IMG/VR virus record: IMGVR_UViG_3300032250_000163
Span: 1-42,003 of that record
From: a virus
Lineage: Duplodnaviria; Caudoviricetes
Direction: 5' to 3' (one strand)
DNA length: 42,003 nucleotides
Position numbers and translations under genes: made by a program. Numbering within the stretch: position 1 is the first letter of the stretch; each line of letters opens with the position of its first letter. Below the pieces are notes generated by a model. The model had not been told where the DNA came from and did no database searches. It saw only the letters and a program-made list of their open reading frames with translations. This document shows positions 26,300-35,598 of this stretch, piece by piece.

Positions 26300-27024
26300 T
26301 TTAGTTTCAATAGTCCTAGTTTTTGAAATATTCTAAGATACAGGTAACCTATATCAAATTCAAACCAGCGGTGTGCAAAATTAGGATTGGATGGATCTCT
26401 GTGATGGTTATTGTGTAGTTCATCTCCGGATATCATTATGCCAATAGGAAACAAATTTTTACTATTATCTTTAGAATCAGGATGTCTATAACCGAACCAG
26501 TGAGCAAAACCTGAAATGCAGGCAGTAGACCAAAACGGCACAAAAAATATATGAAATATCCATACTGCTAGGCCTATCCAAAAACCAAACAACAATATAT
26601 CAACAAATAAAAATAATATCAATCCGAGTCTTGGAAATTTAGCATAAACATTTTTTTCCAACCAGTCTGATGGAGTTCCTCTTCCATAGTGTTCTAGTGC
26701 CCAATCAGTATCAAAATACTGATACAATCGAATAAAATTAGGCACCATGCATTGCAAAGTGACCGACCAATTACCGTATAGTTTTGGAGAATGTGGATCA
26801 CCATGAACATCAGTATATTTGTGGTGTTTACGGTGTTGAGCTACCCAAGGTTTTGAAATTACTCCATCCGAGAACCAAAGCCAAAATCTCATGATGTGTT
26901 CTAATGCACGATTTAAAGTGAATTGACTGTGAGTTAAGTATCTATGTAAATATAATGATACACACACAATCGTAATGTGAGTTGTTATGAATGAGTATAA
27001 AGCTATCTCACCAAAGGTCATCAT
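26296..27024 (-). CDS. Membrane fatty-acid desaturase (delta-9-like family), copy 1
   Basis: His boxes HRYLTH, HRKHH (followed by DPHSP) and GDELHNNHH; WFEFDIG; TM segments. Confidence 0.92.
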   Translation of the reverse strand: MMTFGEIALYSFITTHITIVCVSLYLHRYLTHSQFTLNRALEHIMRFWLWFSDGVISKPWVAQHRKHHKYTDVHGDPHSPKLYGNWSVTLQCMVPNFIRLYQYFDTDWALEHYGRGTPSDWLEKNVYAKFPRLGLILFLFVDILLFGFWIGLAVWIFHIFFVPFWSTACISGFAHWFGYRHPDSKDNSKNLFPIGIMISGDELHNNHHRDPSNPNFAHRWFEFDIGYLYLRIFQKLGLLKLK

Positions 27025-28460
27025 TCTACCCTTGATTTACCATATACTTGAACACCTTCAATTTCACCGATCACTTCACTCACAACTTTAATAGGAATAA
27101 TTTTCTTCGATGGCTTTTCTTTGTGTTCAAAGATTGAACCAAAAATGTCTTGGCGTTCGAGAGGCAACTCATCATTTTTAATTAGTGTTGGAATATAACC
27201 TGTGATTGCCTGAATTGCTAAAGCAAACAAAGCAACATTGTCGGAATATGAATTTGCACAAGAAATTTCCCAAAACTTTTCATCCAAGAACATACATGCA
27301 CCTTTACAGATATGTAAAACTGGACATCCAGAGCATTCTTTGCGTTTAGACCAATGTGTAGATGATGTAATTTTTACGTTACCATAATCATCTAGTGTAC
27401 CACCCAAATGTGGTTCGTGATTCTTTGAAATTTCTAATGAAGAAACATTTTGACAAGTCATTACGTTACCACGAAGATCAACAGCAAGCGTGTGTTCATC
27501 GTCCATACCACACTTTTGTCCTAGATATTTTGCTGGATAGTGTGATAGTATCTTAGCAACCAAATCATCAATCTTATTTAATTGACCAGTGAAACCGATC
27601 CGACCTTGTGTGGAAAAAATATCAGCAAAAGCAATTTTACGATACTCAAAATGTTCTTGTAATGTTTGTAATGAATTGGTCACGCCATCTTCATCATATG
27701 CATCAACGATACCACCTTCACCCAGTTGAACATTGGGATCACCAGTTAGTTCGACAAACCACTCGTAAATGGCTTTGCGACTTTTGTTTTTAGAGTTCAT
27801 CATTGGATTAAAACTAAAACCTTTTTTCAATCTAGTCATCATACGATAGAATCCTAAGATTCTTTCTTTGGCTTCAGGATCATCAAAAGGATCTGGTCCA
27901 CGGACAGATTGGCCAGGACCATCATGAGAGATTGATACAGTAAAATTCATCATCATCAACCAATCAATAATCTGATCCGTTAAGATAGAACCATTGGTGA
28001 TGATTGAGAAGTGTGGTTGTCGTTTCCATCCAGAGAATCTATCTCTGATGGCTTCTGCCAATGGCTTGAGTGTTTTCCAATAAACTAATGGTTCACCACC
28101 CCAAAACTCAATGTGCAATCCTTTTTCTTCTTCAAACCGCAATACATCCAATTTCTCTAAGAAGGCATCAATATCTTTCTTAGAGGTTTCTGGTGCTCGT
28201 TCAACAAACTTCTGTGAACAGTAATCACAGGAATAGTTACAAGATAATCCTAATTGAATTTTCAGATGTGTAATGAGTTCAGATTTGATTAGTGGGTTTT
28301 CTTTATCAAAGGACTTATATTCTTTCTGATCGGAATAATCTGGTCGTTGAGGCCATTCATAAATGTTGCCGTCAGCATCCTTTAAGATATTGGCCATATT
28401 ATCATAATAAAAGACCTTCTTATCATTGATATTTTTTTCACCGTGTATTTCAAAAATCAT
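27021..28460 (-). CDS. Radical SAM enzyme with a C-terminal SPASM domain
   Basis: CNYSCDYC (CxxxCxxC), FWGGEPL, ITNG and SISHDGP; SPASM cysteines KCG..., MTC, CSGCPVLHICKGAC and a final C. Confidence 0.92.
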   Translation of the reverse strand: MIFEIHGEKNINDKKVFYYDNMANILKDADGNIYEWPQRPDYSDQKEYKSFDKENPLIKSELITHLKIQLGLSCNYSCDYCSQKFVERAPETSKKDIDAFLEKLDVLRFEEEKGLHIEFWGGEPLVYWKTLKPLAEAIRDRFSGWKRQPHFSIITNGSILTDQIIDWLMMMNFTVSISHDGPGQSVRGPDPFDDPEAKERILGFYRMMTRLKKGFSFNPMMNSKNKSRKAIYEWFVELTGDPNVQLGEGGIVDAYDEDGVTNSLQTLQEHFEYRKIAFADIFSTQGRIGFTGQLNKIDDLVAKILSHYPAKYLGQKCGMDDEHTLAVDLRGNVMTCQNVSSLEISKNHEPHLGGTLDDYGNVKITSSTHWSKRKECSGCPVLHICKGACMFLDEKFWEISCANSYSDNVALFALAIQAITGYIPTLIKNDELPLERQDIFGSIFEHKEKPSKKIIPIKVVSEVIGEIEGVQVYGKSRVE

Positions 28461-28463
28461 TTT

Positions 28464-29222
28464 TTATTCTCTATCTTCAATTTTTAATTTTGCTAATATG
28501 TATTCTTTTACCAAACTACTACGAACAATATCATCCGCAGTAAATTCAATCTTGGTAAAGGCATTCATGTGCATGGCAATATCAAAGAATCTTAATATGC
28601 CTGACATATCATTCTTGCGTTTATTTAGATCAGTCTGGCGGTAATCACCACACCACAATATCTTCGACCTGTAACCTACCCGTGTCATTACAGTATCAAT
28701 TTCTTCAAAGGTTAAGTTCTGCATCTCATCTACAATAATAATGGCATCATCGAATGACATACCACGAATGAATGATGTAGAGATAAACTCAATGTGACCT
28801 TGTTCAGTTAATCTCTGATACGCATCTTTACGACCAAAGAGTGTTTCACAAATCTGTTGGTAAGGCTGTTGAAAGATTTCCATCTTTTCAGATACATCAC
28901 CTGGTAAATGGCCAATCTCTCTTGATTGTACGGCAGACCGAACAATAATAATCTTATTGAATGGATTGGATTTATCCAATACTTCTTCTAATGCTTTGTA
29001 TAAGGCACAGAATGTTTTACCTGTACCTGCAACACCGTGTAATGCAACAAAGTAATCACCTTGTTTGTATGCATCAAAGAAAATCTTTTGATTCTCAGTT
29101 AAAGGTTGAAAGGTCTTTAAATCATCAATGCGGACTCTTAATGCGTTTGTCTGCTTGTTGTGTGGTTCTTTGTCATGCGGTGTTGTCACATCAGGTAGAA
29201 CTCTTTTTTTGGTTACCATCAA
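28464..29222 (-). CDS. phoH: PhoH-like ATPase
   Basis: GVAGTGKT, IGHLPG, FIRGMSF, IIVDEMQN, TRVG and CGDYRQTDL. Confidence 0.93.
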   Translation of the reverse strand: MMVTKKRVLPDVTTPHDKEPHNKQTNALRVRIDDLKTFQPLTENQKIFFDAYKQGDYFVALHGVAGTGKTFCALYKALEEVLDKSNPFNKIIIVRSAVQSREIGHLPGDVSEKMEIFQQPYQQICETLFGRKDAYQRLTEQGHIEFISTSFIRGMSFDDAIIIVDEMQNLTFEEIDTVMTRVGYRSKILWCGDYRQTDLNKRKNDMSGILRFFDIAMHMNAFTKIEFTADDIVRSSLVKEYILAKLKIEDRE

Positions 29223-29246
29223 ACTTCCTTTGTTGTTAGAAATTGT

Positions 29247-29525
29247 TTACCACTCCCTAGGCTTCTTTGTCTTGTGACCAGACATTGTATTACCTGGAAT
29301 TGTTTCTTTCATTCTCTGGATTACACCAGATTCGAATGCTGCATGGGGTTGACCAATACCGGGAACCGACATACGAGTGCCATCACCAAAGATAGGTAAA
29401 TTCTTTGCGGAGATATATCGTTCTAGGTGTGGATTGTCCAACTTGAATTGGTCATACAGAGTGTAACTCATCACATGAGTTTCAATTTCATCTGTATCTT
29501 TATTTAAGAATTCATATGCAGGCAT
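29247..29525 (-). CDS. Conserved hypothetical phage protein
   Basis: MPAYEFLNKDTDE...NPHLE; start moved to the ATG at 29525, which overlaps the upstream stop. Confidence 0.65.
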   Translation of the reverse strand: MPAYEFLNKDTDEIETHVMSYTLYDQFKLDNPHLERYISAKNLPIFGDGTRMSVPGIGQPHAAFESGVIQRMKETIPGNTMSGHKTKKPREW

Positions 29526-30094
29526 TATGCGGCTTTCTTCATGATCATATCGGTTAACCATTTAGGTTCTGGTCTACTATTTATCTTGCCTTTCCATGAC
29601 CACATACGTTGTTTTTCATTAAAGTAATAGTTATGGTACGACTGTAATGAATTACCTGGTACTTTGCAATAGTCTGGCATGGCAGGTGTAGGACCAGTAA
29701 AGTTTTTGGAAGGTATATTTGTAGGTAGAACACCAAGGTCTGGTATCAATCGAGCACAGGCATGAACCTTACCATAACGATAGGTAAACTCACTCAATAG
29801 TTCACACCACATATTATATAACCACAGATAGTTTTTGTCTGATTGGCGCACCCATATGGCGGATGGGTGGTTCATCATTGTAGGCTTCATGAGGCGTTCT
29901 TCACGACCATCAGGCAGTCGCCATGCCTTGATTGAACGGTTATTGGCAGAGAGTCTGCGGTATTCTTCACCGTCAAGAACACGGTGCGTAGTGGAAAGTA
30001 ACTGAGCATACTCAATTACCATCTTGCAGACGTGTTTGTCGAGGTGCATTTCAGCACAAATTTTGGGATCATTATCTAGATAAAAAATATTCAT
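29525..30094 (-). CDS. Pyrimidine dimer DNA glycosylase (DenV-like family)
   Basis: MNIFYLD..P..CA..H.DKHV.KM..EYAQLLST.H, NHPSAIWVR, EFTYRYGKVH and AMPDYCK. Confidence 0.8.
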   Translation of the reverse strand: MNIFYLDNDPKICAEMHLDKHVCKMVIEYAQLLSTTHRVLDGEEYRRLSANNRSIKAWRLPDGREERLMKPTMMNHPSAIWVRQSDKNYLWLYNMWCELLSEFTYRYGKVHACARLIPDLGVLPTNIPSKNFTGPTPAMPDYCKVPGNSLQSYHNYYFNEKQRMWSWKGKINSRPEPKWLTDMIMKKAA

Positions 30095-30384
30095 AACATT
30101 CTTATTAAACCAACAATATCAATCGTAGTAAGTAACAAATAATTAGCCAACATACCAAATGACTTACGGGTGACCGCAGCCCAAGCATACATGGCGCAAC
30201 CAGCAATCCAAATAGGATATAAAATTAAAAGAGGAGGATTAGGAACAGTAGCGGCCATGGCAATGGCACAACCAATAGAGATTGCCCACGCCACACATTC
30301 TACAATAAAACGAACACGGCCAGATTTCCAATCATCATGAATCCAATTAAAACCCCTAAGGACCAAATCATTCATCATCAACAT
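30091..30384 (-). CDS. Small integral membrane protein
   Basis: Three hydrophobic segments in 97 aa. Confidence 0.7.
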   Translation of the reverse strand: MLMMNDLVLRGFNWIHDDWKSGRVRFIVECVAWAISIGCAIAMAATVPNPPLLILYPIWIAGCAMYAWAAVTRKSFGMLANYLLLTTIDIVGLIRML

Positions 30385-30388
30385 CTAC

Positions 30389-30667
30389 TCATAGTTTAGG
30401 AACATCTTCTGCTGAGATTGCTGCTTTTGGTGGACGACCACGACCTTTGATTGCTTCGATACGATTAGCAATATCATCAGCTGATACTTGTTGCATGGCG
30501 AATTGCTTGAACAGTTCATATGAATCTTTTACTTTGTAGATTCTGCCATCATTCAAAAACAAATGGCAACCACCTGTTGAGAACGGAGCAATTTCACTCA
30601 CCGTATCCAAATTCAAAATCACTTTACAATTCTTTTCTACTGAATCAACTTCGACAAATAACGACAT
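30389..30667 (-). CDS. Hypothetical protein
   Basis: Start moved to MSLFVEVDS at 30667, which has an AAGGAGAG RBS. Confidence 0.7.
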   Translation of the reverse strand: MSLFVEVDSVEKNCKVILNLDTVSEIAPFSTGGCHLFLNDGRIYKVKDSYELFKQFAMQQVSADDIANRIEAIKGRGRPPKAAISAEDVPKL

Positions 30668-30668
30668 T

Positions 30669-30830
30669 TTACTCTCCTTTAGGTTCACGAACTTTTGCAA
30701 GCTTGGCCATTTTTTCGGACAACTCTGCTTGAATATATAGTTTTTTCCACAGCGACTTTTGTTCACCCGTTTTGCTAGCCAACAATCGTTTTGCACTCTT
30801 ACTCAATTTAAAATCTTTATTTGGTTTCAT
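30669..30830 (-). CDS. 53-aa basic hypothetical protein (not in the ORF track)
   Basis: MKPNKDFKLSKSAKRLLASKTGEQKSLWKKLYIQAELSEKMAKLAKVREPKGE fills the gap exactly, with an ATGA overlap. Confidence 0.65.
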   Translation of the reverse strand: MKPNKDFKLSKSAKRLLASKTGEQKSLWKKLYIQAELSEKMAKLAKVREPKGE

Positions 30831-31078
30831 TTCTTATCACAATCTTGAACACGGATTAAATATACAGTTTCAGTCGAATAGGGACGGACAAAGTAACATT
30901 CGCCTTTGGTCGACCAAACTAGATGATGTTGAATACTACCTTGCACAACTTCAATCAATGCAGGTTTACGAACCACATCAACCAAATTGTAAATGGCAAT
31001 AGCAGATGATACAAGTGCCAAGAATATCACAATATTGATTGTGTTCTTGCCTACCCACACATATAACTTATCAAACAT
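30827..31078 (-). CDS. Hypothetical membrane-anchored protein
   Basis: N-terminal TM segment and two C-terminal Cys. Confidence 0.65.
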   Translation of the reverse strand: MFDKLYVWVGKNTINIVIFLALVSSAIAIYNLVDVVRKPALIEVVQGSIQHHLVWSTKGECYFVRPYSTETVYLIRVQDCDKK

Positions 31079-31313
31079 TTATTACTCCATTAGTATATAA
31101 CAGGTACAGTATAACACCAATTGAGAGAACTGTCAATAGTATTATGGTAAAACTTCGTGATGATTGGCGGTAATATTCCACTTCCAACTCTAACATATCA
31201 CGCTGTCCGAGTAGCATAGGTTGACATTCATCCTCGCCACCCATCAACTCAATGGTCTTTTTGGCGTTCATCAGGCGCTGTTTGGCCTCATGGAGATAGT
31301 AGTATGGTATCAT
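31071..31313 (-). CDS. Hypothetical membrane protein
   Basis: C-terminal TM segment; coupled ORF. Confidence 0.65.
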   Translation of the reverse strand: MIPYYYLHEAKQRLMNAKKTIELMGGEDECQPMLLGQRDMLELEVEYYRQSSRSFTIILLTVLSIGVILYLLYTNGVINV

Positions 31314-31813
31314 ATTAGTCCTTCCTCAGTTTGTGGTGGTGCTGGTGGTGTGGCATCTGAATATCGGTATACTTCCACTCGTTCGCCTGGAATATATGGG
31401 AAAGTTACCGGTGTGTGGCAACCACCATTGGTGTAGTACGACTTGTATGGTTCACCGGTTGATTGACTTACATTCCATTCCCAAAATACTTTACCATCAA
31501 TATCCCACGCACCATCTTTATCTTTGAATACTGAACTGCATCGTTTATTCTGTAACATACCATGGCCAGTATCACTCCATTCCCAATCTTCACCTGTAAT
31601 CGGTGCAATTGGTTTGAAATTGGCCAGTTTAGTAAATAGATTAATCATGTAAGGTGCGGATGAACCTGAGTGTCCTTGTTTCTCAAATACATTCAATAAG
31701 TCCAATACGCCAGCACAAATCATGGCCTGCATTTCATCCTTGATATCACCAGTTTCATCTGTCCAACCGGCTGCACGAAATTCTTCCCTTGCAAACTTTT
31801 CATATACATTCAT
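31310..31813 (-). CDS. Hypothetical phage protein
   Basis: QGHSGSSA...PITGEDWEW...QNKRCSSVFK motif; coupled ORF. Confidence 0.7.
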   Translation of the reverse strand: MNVYEKFAREEFRAAGWTDETGDIKDEMQAMICAGVLDLLNVFEKQGHSGSSAPYMINLFTKLANFKPIAPITGEDWEWSDTGHGMLQNKRCSSVFKDKDGAWDIDGKVFWEWNVSQSTGEPYKSYYTNGGCHTPVTFPYIPGERVEVYRYSDATPPAPPQTEEGLI

Positions 31814-32193
31814 AATGTAATTCTGCGTCTAATTAAATTAACTCTGTTGGTGAGTTCATCAATCAAATCTGCTGCATGAGCAATTCGATAAGTTAAATTA
31901 GAATTGGAAACTCTAGGACCTGGTCTTGGTTCGCATTGAGTTTCGTTCACCTCAGTTAAGACATAATCAATCTGTGCAAATAAACCGGAAGTTTCCATTT
32001 CCAACAATTCAATTGATTTGAATAAGTCATCCAACAATTCTGTTGCGGTACAAGGCCTTGATGTTACTTGTTCAGGTTCAAGTTCTCTCAGCGTAGTTTT
32101 TGGTGTCACACCCATTGTCATCGATTCTCTGATATAATTAACATCATTCACTGGTCTGCCCATCTTAGGGCTATATGTTCCATTTGGACTCAT
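31810..32193 (-). CDS. Hypothetical protein
   Basis: Coupled ORF in the minus-strand run. Confidence 0.6.
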   Translation of the reverse strand: MSPNGTYSPKMGRPVNDVNYIRESMTMGVTPKTTLRELEPEQVTSRPCTATELLDDLFKSIELLEMETSGLFAQIDYVLTEVNETQCEPRPGPRVSNSNLTYRIAHAADLIDELTNRVNLIRRRITL

Positions 32194-32531
32194 TATATTA
32201 CTCCATTCACTCTTAAAATTCTAACATGGTCGTCAGGGGTTACAAAAATTCTTGCTCTTAATTCTACTTGATTTGGTGTATGTGCTTCAACTTGTGAGGT
32301 AAACTCAATATGATTATTTTTCATGAGTTCTTGAACGAGAAGTTTCACCATATCCATCTTTATCACATCATGTGGAAGATCCTGCCACATTTCAAGTGTA
32401 ATGATTTTTGACACCTTAAAACAATCACCTTTAATTGGATGTTGATATTGATTTAAAGATACAGAACCAGAAATTGTTGGTGCTGGGTATAGTGTTGGAT
32501 TGGGTACAGTAAAATTCATAATTAATCCCAC
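32193..32531 (-). CDS. Hypothetical protein
   Basis: Coupled ORF; the start may be the ATG near 32519. Confidence 0.6.
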   Translation of the reverse strand: MGLIMNFTVPNPTLYPAPTISGSVSLNQYQHPIKGDCFKVSKIITLEMWQDLPHDVIKMDMVKLLVQELMKNNHIEFTSQVEAHTPNQVELRARIFVTPDDHVRILRVNGVI

Positions 32532-33238
32532 AGGCCTTCAAAGTACAAACCAAACAATCTAAATCCATTGGCCTTCCGTTCTTGGTGTGCCTTTAATCCA
32601 TCCCAATCGACTTTCAATTTACTTTTACCTTCAGACATATCTTTGAACCAAGTATCGTGGTTGGTTTTACCTTCTTCTTTGTATGCAGAGTGGTCAAAGA
32701 ATTGTGATTCATCATCATCTTTCATCTTCTGTTCAAATGCCCAAATCATTTCACCAAGTACCCATTCCCATTTCTGGTGTACAAGTGTGTGTTCATCTTC
32801 AAGGTCAATTGAATGTACCTGTAGAGTACCACGAACATCATTCTTTTTTCTTTTAGGTTTCTTTGCTTCACGCAATTCAACCGGCACATCTTCATCATCA
32901 ACCATTGCTGAACCATGTTTAGATTCTTGCAACTGTTTCAGCATCGGTAGAATGATGTGAGCCAAGGTATGATCCATTGACCAAGTATCCCATCGGTCTA
33001 GTTTCACATACATGATTCGTGGGTGTACCAAGTTTAATACCCATTGAATTGCAACACTCAATGGATTCAGATAGTCTGCGGCCTTGGCAACCCATTTTGG
33101 ATGGTCAACCCATTCTCCATCATCAACAATACGTTTCTGGCGACTGCATTTACTCCAGTCAGTCCAGAAAAACACACGGTCGATAATGGTGTATGGAGAA
33201 ATCCAATGATTGCGGTAATTACTTAATATTACTTTCAC
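32522..33238 (-). CDS. Conserved hypothetical phage protein
   Basis: WDTWSMDHTLAHIILPMLKQL, W.WVLGEMIWAF and GFRLFG.YFEGLWD. Confidence 0.75.
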   Translation of the reverse strand: MKVILSNYRNHWISPYTIIDRVFFWTDWSKCSRQKRIVDDGEWVDHPKWVAKAADYLNPLSVAIQWVLNLVHPRIMYVKLDRWDTWSMDHTLAHIILPMLKQLQESKHGSAMVDDEDVPVELREAKKPKRKKNDVRGTLQVHSIDLEDEHTLVHQKWEWVLGEMIWAFEQKMKDDDESQFFDHSAYKEEGKTNHDTWFKDMSEGKSKLKVDWDGLKAHQERKANGFRLFGLYFEGLWD

Positions 33239-33756
33239 TTATTATCTCCTGTTGGGAATGGCCATGCAGCAGGTGCCAATCCTTTAATATGATTGTCAAG
33301 TTCACTTCGTTCAATCGGTTTGAAATATCTCTCATGCAAACCTTCCATGATAGTCATTACTTGTTCAGTATTTAATTCTGTATCTCTTAGGCGGTCTTCC
33401 AAATCTAGGATTTCCCAATCATCATTTTCTACATCATGCCATGCGTAGATACAAACCTCTTCACTTGGTCTGTGTATCAAAGCCCATGGTGTCATATCAT
33501 GTTCAGGAAATACAAAGCCATCAGTCAATGCATCTTTGTGAATGAAGATAGCAAACGATTCCATGTTCTTATTGCCACCTTCAATGTAATCATCATCTGT
33601 TTCAAGGTCACCATAACCATCAAAAATGATTTTTACTTCTCTGATGCTTGAAATATCTTCACCGATATCCGATCCTTCATCTGAATCGTGGTACATCTCG
33701 TCTAGATGTTGTTGTAACAATTCATCAAAGCGTTCATAATCATATTCGAATGTCAT
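33235..33756 (-). CDS. Acidic hypothetical protein
   Basis: D/E-rich 173-aa coupled ORF. Confidence 0.7.
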   Translation of the reverse strand: MTFEYDYERFDELLQQHLDEMYHDSDEGSDIGEDISSIREVKIIFDGYGDLETDDDYIEGGNKNMESFAIFIHKDALTDGFVFPEHDMTPWALIHRPSEEVCIYAWHDVENDDWEILDLEDRLRDTELNTEQVMTIMEGLHERYFKPIERSELDNHIKGLAPAAWPFPTGDNK

Positions 33757-34595
33757 TTTATTTCCAATAGTTGTGGTAATGTATAAGTGGAATCCATGTA
33801 AGACGATACATCATCTAATACACTATATTCTAAATCACCTTCACGCCTTTGGCAATACTTAATTTCAAAATCACACTTGTTTACCTCTTTGAATACTTCT
33901 ACCATTTGTTTGACTGTGTGACCTTTACCATGACCTAGGTTTTGTAGTGAGTTGGCAGGTGTTTCTATTGCCTTTTTGATTGAGTGGCAGATTTCATTCA
34001 CATGAACATAATCTCTAACAGGTGTGCCATCGATTGTATTGTAATCATTACCATATAGATTGAATGTGCCTGTTTCTTTGGCCTTCATTAAGTTAAACAT
34101 CAATCCATCCATATTGGTTGGAGGGATCCCATCAGACCCAATCACATTATAAAATCTGAATGAGGTGAAAGTCTTTGTATTTTCAATGCAATATCTTTCG
34201 ACCACATCTTCAGCACTTCTCTTACTCAAAGCATATGGGTTGATGGGATTAGCGGCTGTGCCTGTCGAAGCAAACACAAAATTCTTGTATTGTAACTTCT
34301 TCAGTACATTGATTGTACCAAATAGGTTTGTATTGTAATATTGGATTGGTTTTAAAACGGACTCATTGACCTTTACTAATGCAGCCAAATGAACTACTGT
34401 ATCATACTCCCACGGAAGGTCATTCAGAGTGAACTCAAACTCCTTCAATTCACTCCGAATGTCCAAGTTAATTATATTGATTGTGTTGAATGGCATTGTG
34501 TTATCGATACCATACACCTCATAATCATTCTTCAATAATTTGGCCAAGTGTAGACCGATATAACCATTACAACCAGTAATCAATACTCTTTTCAT
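33753..34595 (-). CDS. NAD-dependent epimerase/dehydratase (UDP-glucose 4-epimerase-like)
   Basis: LITGCNGYIG, HLAA, YALSK (YxxxK), FRFYNV, DGTPVRDYVHV and RREGD. Confidence 0.9.
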   Translation of the reverse strand: MKRVLITGCNGYIGLHLAKLLKNDYEVYGIDNTMPFNTINIINLDIRSELKEFEFTLNDLPWEYDTVVHLAALVKVNESVLKPIQYYNTNLFGTINVLKKLQYKNFVFASTGTAANPINPYALSKRSAEDVVERYCIENTKTFTSFRFYNVIGSDGIPPTNMDGLMFNLMKAKETGTFNLYGNDYNTIDGTPVRDYVHVNEICHSIKKAIETPANSLQNLGHGKGHTVKQMVEVFKEVNKCDFEIKYCQRREGDLEYSVLDDVSSYMDSTYTLPQLLEIK

Positions 34596-34599
34596 TAAC

Positions 34600-34731
34600 C
34601 TATTCCGTTACTAACTCATAATCTGATTTACTTACACCACATTCAGGACAATTTACATCATCAGGTAAACTATTGTAATCTTCTACCGATAGAATGTGTC
34701 CACAAACAACGCATCTGTAATATGTATTCAT
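34600..34731 (-). CDS. Rubredoxin (43 aa; not in the ORF track)
   Basis: MNTYYRCVVCGHIL...LPDDVNCPECGVSKSDYE has two CxxCG knuckles and is coupled to the rubrerythrin stop. Confidence 0.85.
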   Translation of the reverse strand: MNTYYRCVVCGHILSVEDYNSLPDDVNCPECGVSKSDYELVTE

Positions 34732-35180
34732 TATAGTCCTCCCAAAACTTGTTTGTATGCATTAGCATGACGCTCTTCTACTTTCTTCAAAGCATTAAAA
34801 CGTTTCTCTGCCTTCAATAATACCGCCTTGAATTGTTCGGCGTGTTCTTTCGATTCTTCAATCTGATGCTGAGCTTCGATAGCAGCCTGTTGATTGCCTT
34901 CTTCGATTGCTTCTGCTTGCATCGTTGGGTACATATGTGTGTACTCCTCGGTTTCACCATCAATCGCCAATTGCAAACACTCTTTAGTAGAAGGTTTACC
35001 AATCAACAACTCAAGGTGTCCCCACGCATGGAGAATTTCTTGGTCAGCAGTATGCTCAAAATGTTTGGCTACATCCTCGTAACCTTCTTCACGAGCAATC
35101 TTGGCGAAATAACGGTACTTGATGTGTGCTTGTGATTCGCCAGCCAATGCACTTTCAAGGTTCTTAATTGTAATACTCAT
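34731..35180 (-). CDS. Rubrerythrin (ferritin-like di-iron domain only)
   Basis: NLESALAGESQAHIKYRYFAKIAREEG, QEILHA, AIDGETEEYTHMYP, ESKEHA and EERHA. Confidence 0.9.
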   Translation of the reverse strand: MSITIKNLESALAGESQAHIKYRYFAKIAREEGYEDVAKHFEHTADQEILHAWGHLELLIGKPSTKECLQLAIDGETEEYTHMYPTMQAEAIEEGNQQAAIEAQHQIEESKEHAEQFKAVLLKAEKRFNALKKVEERHANAYKQVLGGL

Positions 35181-35262
35181 AACATCTCCTATAAAATTAA
35201 ACTAACAGCAATTACTTATCGATAGTTTAACTCAATTGTGCATATTTGTCTAATGATATTTT

Positions 35263-35598
35263 TTAATCTTGGTTATCGATTTTTTTAATCCTCAAAAGTT
35301 TGCCATCCATAAACAATGCTGAGTATTCTATCCATGTTTTGTGGTTATCTTCGGATCGGTAGAAACGAATGTTGCCATCAAATTCATGGCAACACACCCA
35401 TCGTTCATTAAACTGCCTGATAGAACCACCAAATAGGCCTCCACCTTCTATCCATTCAGCATCATAGTCTTGATGCCATAGGTAAGAGTGACCATCATCT
35501 TGATTAACTTCAATCTTGTAATTATCTAATGTTTGGTTAGGAGTATCTTTCGTCTGATACTTCTGACCCTCATAATTAATGTAATCAAACATTCCCAT
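35263..35598 (-). CDS. Hypothetical phage protein
   Basis: MGMFDYI..QTKD...FY...WIEY.ALF.DGKL. Confidence 0.7.
   Translation of the reverse strand: MGMFDYINYEGQKYQTKDTPNQTLDNYKIEVNQDDGHSYLWHQDYDAEWIEGGGLFGGSIRQFNERWVCCHEFDGNIRFYRSEDNHKTWIEYSALFMDGKLLRIKKIDNQD

Noticed and set aside
30668-30796. N-terminal extension of ORF 30389..30796
   Set aside because: A better-fitting 53-aa gene in another frame (30669..30830) and an RBS before the ATG at 30667 explain the region.
35181-35262. OxyR/LysR-like site upstream of rubrerythrin (ATTG-N7-CTAT)
   Set aside because: Only one partial half-match in AT-rich DNA, which cannot be distinguished from chance.
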